This document shows, one piece after another, positions 51,225 through 56,923 of a DNA stretch of 56,923 bases (positions within the stretch are counted from its first letter, which is position 1; the number at the start of each line of letters is the position of its first letter). The position numbers were made by a program, and so were the translations under genes. The stretch comes from Octopus bimaculoides (lineage: Eukaryota): positions 143,360,076 to 143,416,998 of the forward strand of contig NC_068984.1 of assembly GCF_001194135.2 (NCBI RefSeq), written 5' to 3'. The notes below the pieces were generated by a model that saw only the letters and a program-made list of their open reading frames with translations, made no database searches and was not told where the DNA came from.

Positions 51225-52010
51225 ATTATTACCACTACCAGTACTACTACTACTACTACTGCTGCTGCTGTTGTTGCCGCTGTTGCTGCTGCTGTTGCTG
51301 CTGTTGCTGATGTTGCAGTTGCTTCTCTGCCTATTCTAGCTATCTGCAACTGCTGCTACAAAAAAAAGCTGCTGCTGTTGTCCCTCCAGCGGCTGACATC
51401 GCTGCTGCTGCTACTGCTGCTGCTGCTGTTGCTGCTGTTATTACAGCTACTGCTGGTGCTGTGCTTGCATTACTTGCTGCAGTCGTGCCAGCCACGGCTG
51501 CTGCTGCTGCTGCTGCTTCTGATGATGATGATGGTGCCACTATTACTACTACTGCTGCTGCTGCTGCCATCGTAGTTGCAGCTCTTCGCGAGCTTGGAGT
51601 TCTTGTTGCTGCTTCTACTGCTGCAGTTACTGTTGCAGCTTTTGATTCTACCATCGGTGCTGCAGCTGGGGCTATTGTTGCTGCACTCTGCGGTAACTAT
51701 AAATTGTTGTTGATGTTGTTGTTGTTCTTTTTTGTGCATTTCCTTTTTCTTCTTCTTCTTCTTCTTCATGTTGTGATTGCGATTGTACCTCTGACACAAT
51801 TAGCAGTTGTCAATGTAGTTCTGGTGGTTGTGCAGTGGTTGTGATTGTTGTTGTGGCTGTGGTCGTTGTTCAGATTCGTATTAATAGTAGTAGTACTAGT
51901 AGTAGTAACGGTGGTGGTGGCGCTGGTATCGGTGGCGCTGGTGGTATTGGCGGTACAGGTACTCTCGGTGTTGATCATGTTGTAGTTGTTGTTGCAGTTG
52001 CTGCTATTTA
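51225..52010. repeat. Long cryptic trinucleotide array (CTA/CTG/TTG/TAG)
   Basis: Direct reading; source of the poly-L/A/V/T ORFs. Confidence 0.9.
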
Positions 52011-53019
52011 GCTACACGAGCATACGTAAGATCAGATCAAAGACTTTCCATCCTTGACCGTCTAGTCCTTTTGCATATTAGGGAATACATTATCTAATTG
52101 AATCTTTCCTTTCTTTCATACGGTAGGATTGCGATTCGATGAAGATTTAGCTGCTATTTCTGCCATGTTGAGCGACCACATAGAGACTCATTTGGTGCTG
52201 TTAGAATTACACTGAGGTTGCTGGCGGTTGGACCTTAAGTCAACCCTAATGGAGAACTACGATCAGGTGTATTCCGTTTGTGACCATCACGTTAATTTTT
52301 AAGCTGAGAGGACTATTTTACCGAAAGCGCGTTATCTTTTATGTAGGAAAGTATTGATGGGATTTCATTTGGATTTAGCTTCTATTTCTGGCTTAACGGG
52401 CGACCTCTTATGGATTTGGACTTTAAAATTAAAAAAAAAACATTATTAGTGCCACATAAATATTACTAAAACTACACACACACACACACACACATACACA
52501 CATACCTAAACTCACAAAATATAAATCAAACTTGGCCACAACGTGGTTATTTTTTATGCTTGTAAAAACAACTGAACATTCCTCAAACTGCACCCTGTCC
52601 TTTTGGGGGTTTTTTATTCCCTCGGCTTGTAAAAAGGATGGGTGTCCATGAAATTCGCTGGCCCTCCTCCGAGAACTGTGAGGTTGTTAAAGAGGAGAGA
52701 ACAAAATGGAAGGAAAGGAACATACGCATCCACCGTGTATTGTATTGTCGTTTTAGCAGTACAGTATGTGAATATAAAACTGGATGGTCACGGCTCAAAG
52801 ATCGTTAGATCTTTAATCAGTCTACTTGATCGAGACAGGCCGGGTGTTAAACAGTAACAGCAACGGCAACAATATTACCTCATCTTTGGACATCACCAAT
52901 CCAAGCCATGCCAGTTCTCAGCCGCAAACAGAACTGAAAGGGGAAAATAAAATCGTGTTAGGGGTAGAGTCTGACGATCAATTTTGGTGAAACGATGGCG
53001 TTTATTCATAACCCTGTTA

Positions 53020-53700
53020 GTGTTGGTAATGATTGTATAATGATGGTACGGAGAGGTGGGGGTAGGGTGGTGTTGTGACGGGAGTTAGTGAAGCTGGTGG
53101 TGGACGTGGTGGTGAGGGGATTGTGGTGATGATGATGATGACGATGATGATGATGATGGTGACGACGACTACGATGACGATTGTAACCGTGATACCTGTG
53201 GTGGCGGTGGTGATAAACGATGACGACGACGACGATGACGATGATGACGATGATGACGATAATGACGATGATGATGATGATGATGATGATGCTTGTTTCT
53301 TCTTGGCAAATGCTGATGAATGTGTTGGCAATAATGATGCGTTTGACAGACTGTGCGATTGCAATAACGAGCAAAACTCACAACAGCAACACCAACAACA
53401 ACAACAACAACAGCAACAACAACAGCAACAACAACAACAACAAATGCTACCAACCCCTAAAGGGTTCCTAATGAAAAGCCTACTAACATTACTATCAAAC
53501 CGGGAAAACGACGAGCAGCACCACAGCCGTTGCTACCACAACCACCACAACCACTACCTACACTATAACACCCTCTACCATAAACACCAACTCTACTACT
53601 ATTAATACTACTAATACTAATACTACTGCTCTTGCTGCTACTACTATGACCGACCTTGTAATTACCGTTCCAACCAGTACCATCCCTATTGCGAGCACCG
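53020..53700. repeat. Long cryptic trinucleotide array (GGT/GAT/GAC/CAA/CTA)
   Basis: Direct reading; source of the poly-D/Q ORF 53075-53605. Confidence 0.9.
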
Positions 53701-53741
53701 TGATGGTTACGGCTAGAATTCTATTTCTACAAAATTTGGGG

Positions 53742-54002
53742 CAGTGTTTCTCAATTATTTTTTCATCCACCATTGAATCCCTTTCCTTCCTGTTTTACTT
53801 GGCTGAGCCCCTCATAACCAGTTGATGTTTAAAAAGATCTTGTATTTTTATAGAGATGAATATTATTAGGAATCGTATATGAAAGAAAAAAGATTGTTGG
53901 AATATTTTGTATCTTGTAGAAACATAATTGGTTTTATTGTACGTAAATGTTGATAATATATGGACCCTTAAGGCTCGTGCGGACCCCGACTGAGAACCAC
54001 TG
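53742..54002. mobile_element. hAT (Charlie/MER20-like) MITE
   Basis: Ends CAGTGTTTCTCAAT / ACTGAGAACCACTG with subterminal gcggaccccg. No TSD visible. Confidence 0.7.
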
Positions 54003-54089
54003 ATCAGAGAAAACGAATATACGAATAATAGCCCTTAATCCTTTGTATCATAGGCACATATTTCTAATTGAACCCTACCCTATATGTAC

Positions 54090-54300
54090 TTTTCTGCTCT
54101 AGGCACAAGGTCCGAAATTTTGGGGGAGGGAGCCAGTCGATTAGATCGACGCCAGTACGCAACTGGTACTTAGTTTATCGACCCCGAAATGATGAAAGGC
54201 ATAGTCAACCTCGGTGGAATTTGAACTCAGAACGTAGCAACGGGTGAAATACCGCCAAACATTTCGTCCAGCGTGCTAACGATTCTGCCAGCTCACCACC
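54090..54300 (-). mobile_element. SINE family B, full length
   Basis: Reverse complement of 26303-26525 over its whole length. Confidence 0.9.
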
Positions 54301-54333
54301 TTATTATTATTAATAATAATAATAATAATAATA

Positions 54334-54364
<31 letters not shown>

Positions 54365-54969
54365 TACCACCACCACCACCACCACTACCACCTTCAGCAT
54401 TAACAAAACGAACAATAAGAGGGACCCAATTCCCTGAAGACTTTCGTAATGTAAGAAATAACAGCTAAATATTCCTCAATTCACGCTATGGTTCTTAAAG
54501 AAAAAAAAAGTGAATGAAAACGGAAAATTAGAATTCATTGGTTAATATACTCCTCGTTGCACTAAATATATAAAATGTTGTGAAATAGATGGGGTGGCCA
54601 CGGTTGGAATAAATTTTATCAGAAACAGGGACCAGCACCAGTGATACACGACGATTAAATATTAGAAAATATTAGAAAAGGGGTTAATAATAGAACTGCT
54701 GTAGTTATTCCTTCTTTCTTTTGCAACCGCACCCTTCGCTACTGCTGCGCTCATTGCAGCTTGGGTTGTTGCAGTTGTTGGTGCTACTACTACGGCTGCT
54801 GCTGCTGCTGCTGCCAGTGATGCTGCTGCTAATGTGGTGGTGGTGATGATGATGATGATGATGGCGCTACTGCACAGCCGTTAATTATATTCCTATTTCC
54901 TTTGTTCGTGCCAACTGGTCCATCTGACCATTCCACCCTCGTCTTAATTAGGGCGTGTAGCCTCCATTA

Positions 54970-55027
<58 letters not shown>

Positions 55028-55358
55028 TGTGTGCATATATTTAGTGAACATATGGATGTAGATAGCACACACGCAGAACACACACATACACGCACGTTTA
55101 TAAATTTATGGATACGTATATGCATATATATATATATATATATNNNNNNNNNNNNNNNNNNNNNNNNNNNNNNNNNNNNNNNNNNNNNNNNNNNNNNNNN
55201 NNNNNNNNNNNNNNNNNNNNNNNNNNNNNNNNNNNNNNNNNNNNNNNNNNNNNNNNNNNNNNNNNNNNNNNNNNNNNNNNNNNNNNNNNNNNNNNNNNNN
55301 NNNNNNNNNNNNNNNNNNNNNNNNNNNNNNNNNNNNNNNNNNNNNNNNNNNNNNNNCG

Positions 55359-55406
<48 letters not shown>

Positions 55407-55699
55407 AAAGACACACACACATATATATGCATGTATACAGACACACATACGCATACACATGTGAGACTAAGAATTCGCTATGAATTCGCTAAGAATTCGC
55501 ATTCACGCTGGTATTGATTGCAATTTGGCGAAACAAGTACCCAATACAAACAGGTGGGGGTGGATTAGAATTTATTGAAACCTGAGCACGCATCAGTCGA
55601 TACTCTAAATTTTGGGTTTCCGCTCGTATTTACGAGAGTATATATGAGTGTACACGAATGCATGTTTATATTTTTAATGTATGTAAAGATATGGATCAA

Positions 55700-56025
55700 A
55701 ACGGCGAAATGGCAGAATCGTTAATACGCCGGACAAATTACTTGGTGTTATTTCGTCCGTCTTTATACTCAGAAGTCAAACACCGACGAGGTTAACTCGG
55801 CCTTTCATCCTTTCGGGGTCGATTAGATAAGTTCGGGCTGAATATTGATCGTTGTAATTCGCTTACCCATTCCACGAAATTGCTGGCATTGTGTCCGATA
55901 TTGAAACTAAAATATGCATGGATTAAGTACTAGTTCAATACTGGGGTCGATGTAATTGGCTTACACCTTCCACGAAATTACTGGCGTTGTGCCCAAAATA
56001 TGATATCAGGATATGCATGGATTTA
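55700..56025 (+). mobile_element. SINE family B with duplicated 3' half
   Basis: Head atggcagaatcgttaatacgccgg and gcctttcatcctttcggggtcga, then two ~97-bp units each ending atatgcatggatt. Confidence 0.75.
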
Positions 56026-56078
56026 AGGTTACCATAAATATGATTGACTTTATGCATACATATATATGCATGTGTGTG

Positions 56079-56121
<43 letters not shown>

Positions 56122-56385
56122 NNNNNNNNNNNNNNNNNNNNNNNNNNNNNNNNNNNNNNNNNNNNNNNNNNNNNNNNNNNNNNNNNNNNNNNNNNNNNNN
56201 NNNNNNNNNNNNNNNNNNNNNNNNNNNNNNNNNNNNNNNNNNNNNNNNNNNNNNNNNNNNNNNNNNNNNNNNNNNNNNNNNNNNNNNNNNNNNNNNNNNN
56301 NNNNNNNNNNNNNNNNNNNNNNNNNNNNNNNNNNNNNNNNNNNNNNNNNNNNNNNNNNNNNNNNNNNNNNNNNNNNNNNNNNNNN

Positions 56386-56427
<42 letters not shown>

Positions 56428-56499
56428 TACGTATATATATATATACAAATACGTACGTATATATATATATATAGAAATACGTACGTATATATATATACG

Positions 56500-56531
<32 letters not shown>

Positions 56532-56875
56532 GGTGTGTGTGTGTAGCATGTACATTGGAAGCACAGCAGACAGGTGTTATATACAGGAAAGAATGGGGTC
56601 GGCTTGTATTGGTGAGGCCGGGCTATATAATCCTTGGATTTTCATGGACAGTTACACAGACGCACAGACATACAGACAAGCACGTGCAGGGGTACGCAGA
56701 CAGGCAGACAGACAGGCAAGACAGATATGCAAACCTTTCAAGAATAAAGAACCGGCCTGTGTGAGATTGTTTGATTCACTCTGTGTGTCCATCACTAAAC
56801 CTATGCGCTTGTGTTTCCCAAAATATGTACGTGTGTGTCTGTGAATCATGAATAGGTGTGTGTGTGTGTGTGTGT

Positions 56876-56923
<48 letters not shown>

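Larger units (their letters stand above)
8214..56385. other. 14 assembly gaps (N runs)
   Basis: 8214-8378, 9241-9784, 10800-10943, 13025-13655, 13953-13962, 19376-19781, 23043-23663, 26532-26611, 28844-29827, 37184-37803, 38651-39141, 41842-42005, 55144-55356, 56122-56385. Most abut (TA)n or (CA)n. Confidence 0.98.

Noticed and set aside
51192-51978. Overlapping poly-L/A/T ORFs that look like signal peptides or TM segments
   Set aside because: Cryptic (CTG/TTG/CTA)n simple sequence.
53075-53605. 176-aa ORF with poly-D and poly-Q
   Set aside because: It is the translation of a compound trinucleotide array. There are no splice signals or domain, and other frames are equally open.

Overview
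This is a 56.9-kb window of a fragmented, AT-rich animal draft assembly with 14 N-gaps, most of them flanked by (TA)n or (CA)n. It is dominated by microsatellites and decayed transposons. The SINE repertoire looks like that of Octopus (inference from recalled family structure, not a database hit). No intact protein-coding gene is present, and nearly all ORF-track entries are microsatellite or gap translations. Supportable content: (1) at least three tRNA-head SINE families, here called A, B and C, plus two unclassified dispersed repeats (D, E); (2) three dead non-LTR retrotransposon fragments on the minus strand: an R4/Dong-like 3' end inside an (ATT)n array at 2.5-2.8 kb, an RTE 3' end at 33.0-33.5 kb and an L1/Tx1-type ORF2 piece at 47.9-49.0 kb; (3) MITEs: two pogo/Tigger-like copies with TA TSDs, two hAT-Charlie-like copies and one fold-back element; (4) a plausible plus-strand spliced gene start, with an ATG exon at 20877-20957 (MAKLEDFSKIQRIVTWLKSE) and a possible 5'UTR exon at 12820-12854. 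Best second-look items: the fold-back whose mismatches are about 12:1 G-U-type on one strand; a 67-bp hairpin insert with a 12-bp TSD; hammerhead-ribozyme-like cores; a dense inverted SINE cluster that could supply ADAR substrates; a perfect DR4 next to a TATA box; and a start-stop uORF before the candidate ATG. All alignments and counts were done by eye.
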